From Squalus acanthias (lineage: Eukaryota), in contig JASTWF010000334.1 in NCBI GenBank assembly GCA_030390025.1, positions 310,001 through 374,000 on the forward strand: DNA of 64,000 bases, in the 5' to 3' direction. Position 1 is the first letter of the stretch, and each line of letters starts with the position of its first letter. Position numbers and translations under genes: made by a program. This document shows, piece by piece, positions 37,701 through 48,889 of this stretch. Below the pieces are notes generated by a model. The model had not been told where the DNA came from. It saw only the letters and a list, made by a program, of their open reading frames with translations, and ran no database searches.

Positions 37701-40700
37701 ATATCTATTATAAACCCACTGACTCACACATCTTTCCCCCCCTTTCCCTTTCAGCATTCCGAAAGGACCGTATCCTCACTACACATTGGTCCACTCTTTC
37801 ATCACTCTAGAAAGCTCCAAACACTTGCAGAAACGTACACAGAGCCAGTAGAAATTAACCAGCAACTAACCTGAAAGTGGTTGATGAGCCCTTTAAATAT
37901 CGCTGGTGGGGCTCCTTGCAGCAGCTGAACGCATGTTCAGCTCTGCGAGGTTAACACAGGGCGTTAGTTCCAGGATGACAATGGCAGTGCTGGTGTCAAA
38001 TCAGCGTGCAACGCTGATTGATGTCACAATCTGGTTACTCTACATACTTCTGGCGCCGCTCCCAATGCCGCGCTAACGCTGTCACCAAGGTGGCATCCGG
38101 TGCGGCCCACACCAGAATTGTGCGTGCGCGCGGCTCGGACACCATTTCAACCAAAAGTGGCACCCGTAGCGCCCAAACAACGAGAGCTATGCAATTGAAT
38201 TTTTATGTCCTAGACTACCCAACCAACGGAAATAGTTTTTATCTACCCTATCAGTTCTTCTTAATATCTTCAAAACTTCGATCAAATCAGCCCTTAATCT
38301 TCTAAATTCCAGGGAATACAGCCTAAGTTTGTCTAATCTCCCGTCGTAATTTAACCCTTGGAGTGCACGTATCACTCTGGTACATCTACAATGCACTCCC
38401 TCCAAGACTAATACATCCTTCCTATGGTGTGGTGCCCAGAACTGAACACAGTACTGCAGGTGTGGTCTAACCAGGGCTTTGTATCGATGTAGCATAACTT
38501 CTACCCCCTTGTGGCTGCTGTGTTTCCGACATTACAACAGTGACTGGACTTCAAAAAGTACTAGCCCGCTTCTACCTCCTTCCCAAGATCCACAAACAGG
38601 ACTGCCCTGGTAGACCCATCGTTTCAGCCTGCTCTTGCCCCACAGAACTTATCTCTTCCTATCTCGACTCTATTTTTTCTCCCCTTGTCCAGTCTCTTCC
38701 CACCTACATCCGCGATTCCTCTGACGCCCTCCGCCACTTTAACAGTTTCCAGTTTCCTGGCCCCAACCGCCTCCTTTTCACCATGGACGTACAATCCCTC
38801 TACACCTCCATCCCCCACCAGGATGGCCTGAGGGCGCTCCGCTTCTTCCTTGAACAGAGGCCCAACCAGTCCCCATCCACCGCCACCCTCCTCCGCCTGG
38901 CTGAACTTGTTCTCACATTAAACAACTTCTCCTTTGACTCCACTCATTTCCTCCAAATCAAAGGTGTTGCTATGGGTACCCGCATGGGTCCTAGCTATGC
39001 CTGCCTTTTCGTGGGATATGTGGAACACTCTTTGTTCCAGTCCTACTCGGGTCCCCTCCCTCACCTCTTTTTCTGGTACATTGACGACTGTATCGGTGCC
39101 GTTTCCTGCTCTCGCCCTGAACTAGACAATTTCATTCACTTTGCCTCCAATTTCCACCCTTCCCTCACCTTCACATGGTCCATCTCCGACTCTTCCCTTC
39201 CCTTCCTCGACTTCTCCGTCTCCATCTCTGGGGATAGGTTATTGACCAACATTCACTACAAGCCCACTGACTCCCACAGCTACCTGGACTACACTTCCTC
39301 CCACCCCGCCTCCTGTAAGGACTCTATTCCCTTCTCCCAGTTTCTCCGTCTCCGCCGTATCTGCTCCAACGATGCCACCTTCCATACCAGTGCTTCCGAC
39401 ATGTCTTCCTTTTTCCTCAACCGAGGATTCCCCTCTACCGTGGTCGACACGGCCCTCGACCGTGTCCGTTCTATCTCCCGCACTTCTGCCCTCACACCGG
39501 CCCCTCCCTCCCTCCCGGAACCACGATAGAGTTCCCCTTGTCCTCACCTTTCACCCCACCAGCCTCCACATTCAACGGATCATCCTCCGCCATTTCCGCC
39601 ACCTCCAACGTGATCCCACCACCAAACGTATCTTCCCCTTACCTCCCCTTTCAGCATTCCGTAGGGACCGTTCCCTCCGAGACACCTTAGTCCACTCCTC
39701 TATCACCCCCAGCACCCCTTCCCCCTCACCCGGCACCTTCCCGTGCAAGCGCAGGAGATGCAACACCTGCCCTTATACATCCCCCCTTCCCACTCTCCAG
39801 GGCCCCAAACACCCCTTCCAGGTGAAACAGCGATTTACTTGCACTTCTTGCAATCTAATATACTGTATTCGCTGCTCACGATGTGGTCTCCTCTACATTG
39901 GGGAGACCAAACGCAGATTGGGTGACCGCTTTGCGGAACACCTCCGTTCAGTCCGTAAGGGTGACCCCGAGCTTCCGGTCGCTTGTCATTTTAATTCACC
40001 CCTCCATTCCCACTCAGACCTCACCGTCCTCGGCCTCGTGCATTGTTCCACGGAAGCTCAACGTAAGCTCGAGGAACAGCACCTCATCTTTCGTTTAGGC
40101 ACTTTACAGCCTTCCGGACTCAATATCGAGTTCAACAATTTCAGATCATAACCTCGGCCCCTACCACATATGTATACATTTTATCCACCCTTTTGGTTCG
40201 TGCCTTTTTCCTTTTTTTTCTCTCTCTCCCCCTACAGCAGCTGTCTCTCATTCTGTCAGCATTTCACACCTCACCTTTTGTTTCTTAACCTGTCTCTACT
40301 TACCATAGTTATTCCTCACCCCAGCCTCCCCCTTGCATTTTTATCTGTTTCATTTCCTGCTCTATTCTCAATTCTGACGACGGGTTGTGACCTGAAACGT
40401 TAACTCTGCTCCTCTCTCCACGGATGTTGCCTGGCCTGCTGAGTTTTTCCAGCGTTTTCTGTTGTTGTTTCGAAAAGTACCACATTGGCTGTAAAGCGCT
40501 TTGGGACGTCTGGTGATTGTGAAAGGCGCTATATAAAGGCAAGACTTTCTTTCTTTCTTCTTTCTATTCTAGTCCTCTAGATATAAAGGCCAACATTCCA
40601 TGTGCCTATTTGATTATTTTCTGTACCTGATCATGACATTTTTACAATATGTACATGAACCCCTAAGTTTATTTGGACCTCTACTGTTTCTAAATTTTTA

Positions 40701-43012
40701 CCATATGGAAAGTTAATTGGATATAAGACACTATATCGCCCCCAAGCCCACGGAAAGACAATGGGTTATTAGACACTATCCCGCCCCCTGGGGTTATTAG
40801 AAACTATCACCACCCCGCCCCCGGGTTTATTAGACACTATCACCACCCCGCCCCCGGGTTTATTAGACACTATCACCCCCCCACCCCCGGGGTTATTAGA
40901 CACTATCCCCGCTCCCCCCCCGGGGTTATTAGACACTATCCCCCCCCCCCCCCCCCGAGGTTATTAGACACTATCCCCCACCCCCGGGGTTATTAGACAC
41001 TATCCCCCCCCCCCCCCCCGGGGTTATTAGACACTATCCCCTCCCCCCCCCCCCGGGGTTATTAGACACTATCCCCCCCCCCCCCCGGGGTTATTAGACA
41101 CTATCCCCCCCCCCCGGGGTTATTAGACACTATCCCCCCCCCCCCCCCCCGGGGTTATTAGACACTATCCCCCCCCCGGGGTTATTAGACACTATCCCCC
41201 CCCCCCGGGGTTATTAGACACTATCCCCCCCCCCCCCCCCGGGGTTATTAGACACTATCCCCCCCCCCGGGGTTATTAGACACTATCCCCCCCCCCCCCG
41301 TGGTTATTAGACACTATCCCCCCCCCCGGGGTTATTAGACACTATCCCCCCCCCCCCCCGGGGTTATTAGACACTATCCCCCCCCCCGGGGTTATTAGAC
41401 ACTATCCCCCCCCCCCGGGGTTATTAGACACTATCCCCCCCCCCCCCGTGGTTATTAGACACTATCCCCCCCCCCCCCGGGGTTATTAGACACTATCCCC
41501 CCCCCCCCCCCGGGGTTATTAGACACTATCCCCCCCCCCCGGGGTTATTAGACACTATCCCCCCCCCCCCGGGGTTATTAGACACTATCCCCCCCCCCCC
41601 CGGGGTTATTAGACACTATCCCCCCCCCCCCCCCCGGGGTTATTAGACACTATCCCCCCCCCCCGGGGTTATTAGACACTATCCCCCCCCCCCCCCCGGG
41701 GTTATTAGACACTATCCCCCCCCCCCCCCCCCCGGGGTTATTAGACACTATCCCCCCCCCCCGGGGTTATTAGACACTATCCCCCCTCCCCAATGGTTTA
41801 CTCAGCTGAGCCGTGAATGAAATCCTCTCGAGTGAGCTCAACGCCAAGTGAGGAATTCACTGGATCATTTTCTGTTGGCCGGTGTGATGTTAACGAGCGG
41901 CACAAATTAATAATAAACTATGTCCCCAAATTGGCGCAGCCTCCCGACACATTCCAGCTTTAACTGAACAGGATCTGGACACAGGATCCGGGTCCACCAG
42001 GGGTGGGGATTCCAGGCCAGAGGAGCAGGCTGGACCCCCGAAGATCGAACAGTGGGGGTGAAGGATACACAAGAATGTTTGTTTATGAGAAGGAAGTGGG
42101 CGAACCCATGAGCAGGTGAGTGAGATTAGACTGGGTGCTTTAATAAAGGGTATGGGGAGTGAGCAGGAGAGTGGGATTAGACTGGTCGGGATAATAAAGT
42201 GTATGGGGAGTGAGCAGGTGAGTGAGATTAGACTGGTTGCTTTAATAAAGGGTATGGGGAGTGAGCAGGAGTGGGAGTAGACTGGTTGGGATAATGAAGG
42301 GTATGGGGAGTGAGCAGGAGAGTGGGATTAGACTGGTTGAGATAATAAAGTGTATGGGGAGTGAGCAGGAGAGTGAGATTAGACTGGTTGTGATAATAAA
42401 GGATATCGGGAGTGAGCAGGAGAGTGAGATTAGACTGGCTGGGACATTAAAGAGTATGGGGATTGAGCAGTAGTGTGGAATTGGACTGGGTGGATATTAA
42501 AGGGTATGGGGAGTTGAGCAGGAGACTGGGCTTAGACTGGCTGGAATATTAAAGGGTATGGGAAGTGAATAGGTGAGTGGGATTAGATTGTGTGGGATAT
42601 TAAAGGGTACGGGGAGTGAGCCGGAGAGTGGGATTGGAATAGGTGAGAGACTGAAAGTTATGGGATGTTCGCAGGAGAGTTTGATTAGAATGGGTGGGAT
42701 ATTTGAGGGTATGAAGAGTGACCAGGAGAGTGAGATTAGCTTGGGTGGGCTATTAAGGAGTATGGGGAGTGGGCAGAGAATGGAATTGGACTGGGTAGAA
42801 TATCAAAGCTTTGCAAAGTTAGATAGTTGCCCATTTTAGGATATTCCTTCAGGTGCCACCCCTTTCTATTCCCTCTAATTTAGACAGCAGGTAATCCACG
42901 AACTTTCCACCTCACAGCATTAACCTGTCCTCACACACCATGTCTGGTTGACCCTACCTGCCACATCACTGACGAGCAATGCACTCAGCACCAAAACCGT
43001 CACCAGCATCAT
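13624..43012 (-). CDS. Secreted prepro C-type lectin gene A (REG/ladderlectin-like single CTLD); coding exons 43012-42958, 37089-36914, 17269-17128, 17042-16934, 13703-13624; 186 aa if the +1 frameshift is corrected
   Basis: All introns GT-AG with compatible phases. Product: MMLVTVLVLSALLVSDVAG-FDTPSSTLENGQLETQTDQDQDLEKR-DVLRSGYCFNSRFYFGYCYQFVPQKKNWIEAELHCRALAPGGRLASIHSQEQNEFIRT/VIQAKDASNPYTWLGLSDIYKEEAFLWTDGSETDFTNWGTGEPNNAQGIEDCLHLNYPTRGLWNDVPCDQQHPFVCSYKLACS. Confidence 0.9.
13798..15444. mobile_element. Degenerate Harbinger derivative in the last intron of lectin A
   Basis: TSD TCA; Myb/SANT-like relic on + (INAAWLHIAQE...RRTRLQWHKPFNDL). Confidence 0.7.
16038..16735 (+). repeat. 33-bp minisatellite (CAGTGTTACACCCAGTGTACGTTCCTCTATCGA)n, about 21 copies
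   Basis: Tandem unit read directly; explains the repetitive 11-aa ORFs. Confidence 0.95.
16934..17042 (-). CDS. Lectin A coding exon 4
   Basis: CAG|EEAFLWTDGSETDFTNWGTGEPNNAQGIEDCLHLNY|GTAAGT; EPN sugar-binding motif. Confidence 0.92.
17128..17269 (-). pseudogene. Lectin A coding exon 3 with a +1 frameshift
   Basis: 142 bp between phase-0 sites (141 expected); LHC...LASIHS in one frame and WLGLSD in the next; CCC run at 17190-17192. Confidence 0.85.
21228..22154 (+). CDS. CR1 ORF1p: zinc finger, coiled coil, SGNH esterase
   Basis: CSSC...CGKC; LRVRELELEL-type heptad region; IVIGDS; HIGTND; DGLH. Confidence 0.92.
   Translation: MAGEAVKCSSCRMFEVRDAVGVPADYTCGKCTHLQLLENRVRELELELDELRIIREAEEVIDRSFRDVITPKHEDRWVTVRGARRKQSVQGSSVVVPLSNRYTALNTVEGDDLPVVSHGDRISGAGSVPVAQKGRGESRRAIVIGDSIVRGTDRRFCGSKRDSRMVCCLPGARVHDVSDRVFRILKGEGEQSQVVVHIGTNDIGRRRDGDLKQEFRELGWKLRASTNHVVISGLLPVPRASELRNRERVQINTWLQGWCRGEGFSYVDNWSTFWGRWDLYKQDGLHLNQRGTNILGGKFATALRGGLN
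22155..25051 (+). pseudogene. CR1 ORF2p (APE endonuclease + RT), open except one TGA at 22340-22342
   Basis: YFNARNI...ITETW, GDFN, SDHN; PQGSVLGP, FADD; 899 aa open downstream of the stop. Confidence 0.9.
29010..29518 (+). mobile_element. L2-type LINE 3' fragment
   Basis: Ends AAAGGCGCTATATAAAT...GTTGTTG; related pieces at ~33600-33735 and ~35430-35640. Confidence 0.65.
31440..32129 (+). mobile_element. 3' fragment of the second LINE family, inserted within an antisense copy of the same family
   Basis: ORF EYSPFAW...IQDKAARLI...HSLHHRR; A-rich tail; minus-strand tail pieces at ~31388-31436 and ~32130-32198. Confidence 0.75.
32202..32869. mobile_element. Harbinger-derived MITE
   Basis: TIRs GGGGGAAAAATT / AATTTTTCCCCC; TSD TAT. 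Confidence 0.88.
36914..37089 (-). CDS. Lectin A coding exon 2 (propeptide and start of the CTLD)
   Basis: CTGCAG|...DQDQDLEKR...C...GYCYQF...KNWIEAE|GTAAGT. Confidence 0.92.
37290..38510 (-). mobile_element. CR1, Penelope and Harbinger-end fragments in lectin A intron 1
   Basis: CR1 3' region on the minus strand; 37580-37810 resembles the Penelope ORF; ~37860-38210 resembles 57930-58200 inverted. Confidence 0.65.
38562..40472 (+). mobile_element. 5'-truncated Penelope-like element (RT + GIY-YIG), one frameshift near 39500
   Basis: GVAMG, YIDD; NLIYCIRCSRCGLLYIGET; 8-bp TSD AAAAGTAC (38554-38561, 40473-40480) within an L2-tailed fragment. Confidence 0.93.
40370..40405 (+). ncRNA. Minimal hammerhead ribozyme motif (slightly degenerate)
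   Basis: CTGACGA-c-GGGT-tgtg-ACCT-GAAACGTT-AACT. Confidence 0.6.
40765..41790 (-). repeat. G-run minisatellite (GATAGTGTCTAATAACCCC-Gn), left-arm copy
   Basis: Roughly 30-35 units with variable C-runs on +. Confidence 0.95.
42108..42797 (+). repeat. 51-bp diverged minisatellite, about 13 copies
   Basis: Unit GGGAGTGAGCAGGAGAGTGGGATTAGACTGGTCGGGATAATAAAGTGTATG. Confidence 0.9.
42958..43012 (-). CDS. Lectin A coding exon 1 (signal peptide)
   Basis: Exon starts at 43040 after TTTCAG; MMLVTVLVLSALLVSDVA|GTAGGG. Confidence 0.9.
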
Positions 43013-43118
43013 GTCTGCAGTGAAGTTCCTTTCCTCTCACCTGAAACACAAGGAAAAGATTCAACATTAGTGTCAAGATTTCAAATTAAAGATTGGGATT
43101 TCCTGCTCCCATTCCTAC

Positions 43119-43264
43119 CTCTCTTTCTCTCCCAGTTGTCTGATGTGATGAGGTTTCGAGTGTCACTGCATATATACATCGCAGATTGTGGAGACCTTTG
43201 GAACCATTGAAATCAGATCCAATTGGCTGGACCATCAATGATCTCAAAATTACTGCTGGCCAAT
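43119..43264 (-). promoter_or_regulatory. Lectin A promoter and short non-coding first exon
   Basis: TATA-like 43170-43176; CCAAT 43260-43264; donor GAG|GTAGGA at 43119; same layout in copy B. Confidence 0.65.
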
Positions 43265-44079
43265 CAGTGACTGGCAGCTCAGAACAGGAGGGACTGGAAA
43301 CCACTGGAATGTTTTGTGAGCGACACATGAGATTGTACAACGTGGCACTGTAACTGCTCACTGAGAAATGGAAACTGCAGTCACGCTTCCTGACCCAGTG
43401 ATCAGCCTGTTAGGGAATGCATTTATGATATTAGGATTTAATGATTATTATCAATGAGAACATTTAGGATTGGGTGACCATTGTATTGAGGTGAAATCCC
43501 CCAAATAAAGAGATAATATAAAAACATGAGAATTTTTATATAGAACAATCCAATCCCTTTTGTAATAGATCTGAACCCCATCTATTCCCCATTTCTCACC
43601 ATGGCAGAAGGTCTCCTTCATGCACTGGCTGCAGTGAGATTGTAATCTGTTTGTAAAAAACAGGGTCAATTTGGAATCATTGGCACCTTTCAAAAAGGAG
43701 CTGGATCGATGTCTGTTCAGAAGGGGGATTGAGGGATGGAGAGATAACGGAACTGCTTGATGTTTTTCCAGGGACAGAACAGCGCATTCCCTAAACCAAC
43801 AGCTGGTGTGGGCGGGAGTCCATGATGGAATTATGAGACCTGAACAATGAATGGAGTGGGATTGATGGGCTGAATGACCTTTTCTCACTCCACATTCTCT
43901 CCTGTTCCAATGAATGGGTTTACATTTTCACCGCACCCAGTACACAGATCAGATCCTTCCACATATCCCTCAATCACTTCTCACTCCATAGACACAACGA
44001 ACGGCCATTAGGTCCATCAATCCCACTCCATTCAAGGTCCAGGTCTCATTATTTCATTATGGGCTCCCTCCCACAACAG

Positions 44080-45234
44080 TGGGGAAAAATTCAGTACCTT
44101 AGTGGATCCTGTTAGCACCAGCAGATGGTGCTAACGGGGCACTAGTGCAGTATCACCGGGGCGAGGCGAATCCAGCACCACATGGCAAATCCTGCCCCCC
44201 CCCCGCAGCGCTGCCATTAACAGTCATCGCCAGGAGCCTTCTACCTTAGTGCCTGGAGGTAACAGCGATGGAGAGCGGGTGTGAAGCAACAGGAAGCCGG
44301 TTCCAGGGATGGTATTTAAAGGGATCACCAGTAATGAGTCGCAGCTGTAGGTTAGTGGAGTTTCAGAGCTTTCTTGCGAGTTTCACATAGAGCATCAGAC
44401 TCATGCCGTAATTTCAAGATTATTTAGTATCAGGACTGTTGTAGCAACTAAAAAGTAGCAACATTTATTCTTAACGAAATCAAATTGCTACACTTGGTTA
44501 CGTTACTGGGGTCTGTACCGGCAGTCGACATCACCCTCCAGGATCTATGGCGGAGGGAGCGCAGGCAGTGAGAAAGACTGGAACATGTGGCCAGAGGGAG
44601 GAGGAGGGCCATCAGGGCTCTCAACAGGAGGCTTGTTGAAGCATTTACTCACCCTGGCCACCCGAGTGAGGTCATTAAATTTCTTCTTGCATTGTGTGTG
44701 CGTCCGAGACCTGCTGCACTACCTCCCTCCACATGGCGTGGAAGACTTGCGACAAGGGCCTCCTGCCACTTGCCGGGTAGAGCACCGCCCTCTGTCTCTC
44801 CACAGCGAACACCAACATCTCCAATGCTTGATTGCAGAATTTGCGGGCTCTCTCCCTGGGGCGTGGATCTGCCATGAGTACAGCTGTTTCAGTCCTCCGG
44901 CTCCTTCTCCTTGACCTGCTGCTGCTTGCTGAGGCAGCTGCACAGCTAGCAATGCTGAGAATGAGGTTCTGCAGCATCAATGAACCTCCCCTTTAAGAAC
45001 TGGGAAAAGCCTGTGGCAATCATAACTTGTGATTAGACTGCACCCGATATTAGCACACCCTTTGAGTGTAACGCCAATGAGCTTGGGCTTTAAGACTTGA
45101 GTTAGCGCTCCAATCATTTCTTTGAGCATTGAGAATGAATTTTGCATGCAGTCTAAAGTATTAGCGCCTGGCGCTAATTCTTCAACTTTTCTAATTATAC
45201 CGCCCATTCCTGGGCTATAATGAATTTCTAGCCG
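44080..45234. mobile_element. Non-autonomous Harbinger between the two promoters
   Basis: TSD CAG; the empty site is visible in the left arm; Myb/SANT relic on minus (RERARKFCNQALEMLV...WREVVQQVS). Confidence 0.82.
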
Positions 45235-45761
45235 CAGCTGTTGGCTTAGAGAATGCTCTGTTCAGTCCCTGGAAAACAATGAATGAGTTCTATTATCTCC
45301 CCATCCTTCAATCCCCCTTCTGAACAGACATCAATCCAGTGCCAATGATTCCCAATTGGTTCTTTACAAACAGATTACAATCTCACTGCAGCCAGTGCAT
45401 GAAGGAGAACTTCTGCCATGGTGAGAAATGGGGGAATAGATGGGGTTCAGATCTATTACAAAAGGGATTGGCTTCTTCCGTATAAAAATTCTCATGTTTT
45501 TGTGAGTATTATCCCTTTATTTTTGGGGTCTTTACTTCAATATAATTGTCACCAAATCCTAAATGTTCTCATTGATAATATTCAGTAAATCCAAATATCA
45601 TAAATGCATTCACTTACAGGCTGATCACTGGGTCAGGAACTGTGACTGCAGTTTCCATTTCTCAGTGAGCAGTTACAGTGCCACGTTGTACAATCTCATG
45701 TGTAGCTCACAAAACATTCCAGTGGTTTCCAGTCCCTCCTGTTCTGAGCTGCCAGTCACTG

Positions 45762-45911
45762 ATTGGCCAGCAGTAATTTTGACATAATTTATTATCCAGC
45801 CATTTAGATCTGATTTCAATGGTTCCAAAGGTCTCCACGATCTGCGATTTATATATATGCAGTAGCACTCGAAACCTCATCACATCAGACAACTAGGAGA
45901 GAGAAAAAGAG
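45762..45911 (+). promoter_or_regulatory. Lectin B promoter and short non-coding first exon
   Basis: ATTGG 45762-45766; TTTATATATAT 45848-45858; donor GAG|GTAGGA at 45911. Confidence 0.65.
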
Positions 45912-46017
45912 GTAGGAATGGGAGCAGGAAATCCCACTCTTTAATTTGAAGCCTTGACACTAACATTGAATCTTTTCCTTGTGTTTCAGGTTAGAGGAAA
46001 GGAACTTCACTGCAGAC

Positions 46018-46072
46018 ATGATGCTGGTGACGGTTTTGGTGCTGAGTGCATTGCTCGTCAGTAATGTGGCAG
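46018..46072 (+). CDS. Lectin B coding exon 1 (signal peptide)
   Basis: MMLVTVLVLSALLVSNVA|GTAGGG; 1 nt different from copy A. Confidence 0.9.
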
Positions 46073-46165
46073 GTAGGGCCAACCAGACATGACGTGTGAG
46101 GACAGGTTAATGCTGTGAGGTGAAGAGTTAATGGATTACCCGCTGTGTAAATTAGAGGGAACAGA

Positions 46166-48381
46166 TGTAAAGGAATGAGCCATATTTCAGAAAAATACAC
46201 CATCCTATGAACAGAATTCTGATATTATTAAAATATGACATACTGGGGTTAAAAATCTAAAAGCCTCAATGACACAAGCTGTAAACAGAAATACAGGCTT
46301 CTGAGATAAGATGAAGTTTTAACACAAAGCTGTAAACACCATACAAGCTTTTGAAATGGGAAATGGTTATTGACACTTAGACAATGGCCTATTGAAGAAG
46401 CAAAGGCTTGGTTCCAAGGAGTCTGCAGTTTGGAACCAACACAATAGCTATACCTAGTTTAAAGTGTTAAAAATTAACACGTCGAACAGAAACACAGAAC
46501 ATTAAAAACCATGTGCCTTTGTAAAAGTAACATCAAATGAAACAGGAAACAAGATTATATATACAACCAATTGAAGTAGCTAAGAAATGCATGGAACACT
46601 CTGGTTGAAGTGGTTTTGATTTACATATTGTAAATATGATACCTACAGAACACTTTGAAGATATAATATCAATAGATGTACCAAGCAATCACATTGTGCT
46701 TGTATTGAACTTGGAACAGTTGGGAGACATGACGTCTGCTTATAACCAGTTAAGGGGATATTAAGAGTTCAATAGAAGACCTCGTAAGAATGGCATCAAA
46801 TAGATAAATCTGTTAAACCACATTTGATAAGTTATAAAACACCTATACAGCAGACAGGATTCTGAGAGTTAGCAGCTGAACTAACAGTAAGAATAGAAAG
46901 AAGTCACCAGAAAGACTGACTAGAGATAATTAGCTTACATCAGCAGAAAACTTCAAAGGAGATACCACTGCAAAAAGAGTTTAAGATATGGGATTTTCAA
47001 ATGGGAAAACAGAAGTCGCTGGAAAGGGCAGGCGATTCTCAGCTTCAGAGGCAGGCTCTGTAAGTTTTTAACTCTTTGGGCTGGATTTTCATTGACCCGT
47101 GGAGGTGGGTTTGGAGGCGTTTGGTGGGTTAAAATTGCAAAAACTGGCGGGTGGGCACAAGTCCGCCTCCATCCCGCCTCCACGCAATTTTCATTAAATC
47201 GTGTCTGCTGGTCCCGACTCCGTCCCGCCTTTAAGAGGCAGGATAGGCTGTTAACGCCCTTAACAAGCACTAAATTGGCTCTATAATGCCATTTTGAAAA
47301 GCCTTTGTGATTTTAACCCTTGATCTACGTGAAGCACGCCTGTTCTGAACCACGATTGTGAAACCTGGCGGGAGCACATTTGGATAGCTGACTATCAGCT
47401 ACAGGTCCACTATTACAACGGAGATGTGATGAAGGTAGTAGGAGTATTTGGTCTGAAAGTCGCCTCTGATGCTGCTGCATTGAAGGTATTCAGAGACTGC
47501 CTGGCCTTTGCTGTGCGAGGACCTGGATGCAAAATGAATTTCTCTCTCTCTCTCTCTCTCTTGAGCTGCTGCTCATTTTGCATCCAGGTCCTCTCACAGC
47601 AAAGGCCAGACAGTCTCTGACCTTCAATGCAGCAGCAATGATGACATCGTCAGAGGCGACTTTCAGACTGAAACCATTAATTGGGTCATGGGTTCCCACA
47701 TGCTAGAACTCAATTGCCCAATTAGGTGAAAATTGCATCAATCTCCCACATCCAATTGCAGTTGGGTGGATAACACGAAAAGCGGATGACACGACTCCAA
47801 CCCGCCCCAGTATCAAAATCCAGCCCTTTGAGTCTCGGGGATCAAACGGTACTTTAATTGATTTTGGTGGATATTCTGGATTAAGAATAAGACTTCGAAA
47901 TGTAAACATGTAACGAAGTTAAGATTTGAGAATAAGGATCTCTGAGAATAGAATTGTAAGCTATTTGTATTTTGAACTGTTAAAGTTGCGATTGACTCAT
48001 CAGCTGTTAACTAAATGTCAGTTCCTTAATAGATCTATATATTTTTTGAATTGTCTCACAGAGTATTTCTGTATCAACCTCGCAAACTCAAATCTCTGTA
48101 CACTCTTTTGTGAGGAGTTGCAGAATTCGGGGGGGTTTTCCGGACCCTCATAATATCCAGAAGGTTACAGTCTAGTTAAACTTATTAAAAGTGCTATCTG
48201 GAGGACAGCAATATCTTCAAGTCGTTTCTTTCCTTTAGGGAGAGATAGTCTGGACCTTTAGACCCAATTAAGTGTCTTATAGGATTCGGCTATCTCTAAC
48301 TTTAGTTGAAGGGGAACGTCTGGGGAATACGCCTGATCTGGGGTAGCCCGAGAAGGGCTAGGACTTGTAATTATCCCTTCA
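46166..48381 (+). mobile_element. Probable solo LTR (~1.46 kb without the nested MITE)
   Basis: TG...CA ends; 4-bp TSD CAGA; absent from the left arm; TATAAAA at 46833; no ORF. Confidence 0.72.
47078..47826. mobile_element. Harbinger-type MITE with an internal long hairpin
   Basis: Perfect 12-bp TIR GGGCTGGATTTT; TSD TTT. Confidence 0.85.
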
Positions 48382-48889
48382 CAGAAAGGGGCGGCACCTG
48401 AAGGAATATCCTAAAATAGGCAACAAACTAACTTTGCAAAGCTTCGATATTCTACCCAGTCCAATCCCACTCTCCTGCTTACCCTCCATTCCCTCCAATT
48501 GTCTATTTTTAAGCAGCTATCTAATTCTCTTTTTAAAAGAATTGATGGGCTCTGCTTCATCAGCAGTTTGTGGCAGAGAATTCCACATTCTCACCATCCG
48601 CTGTGGAGAAATAGGCTTCTAAATTCCACGGCCCATGGTCTGGACAGTGACACTGAGATGGTTTCCACCAGAGCCCTCCAGCACTGCCCCTGCCCCGGAG
48701 TATGGGGGGTAAGTGGGAGGCCCCTCATTAGCATGGTGCCACTATGGGGTGTCTCAGACCCAACACTGCCCAAAACAAGAGCACCTGATGCCATCCAGGG
48801 GTGCGCTCACTTCCTCCCTCTCCACAAACATTCTTGTGCCTCCTTCACCCCCACTACTTGAAATTTGGGAGTTCAATCTGCTTCTAAGA

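Noticed and set aside
42261..42839. 17-aa repeat ORFs (GSEQESGIRL...)
   Set aside because: Translation of the 51-bp minisatellite, with stops and frameshifts.
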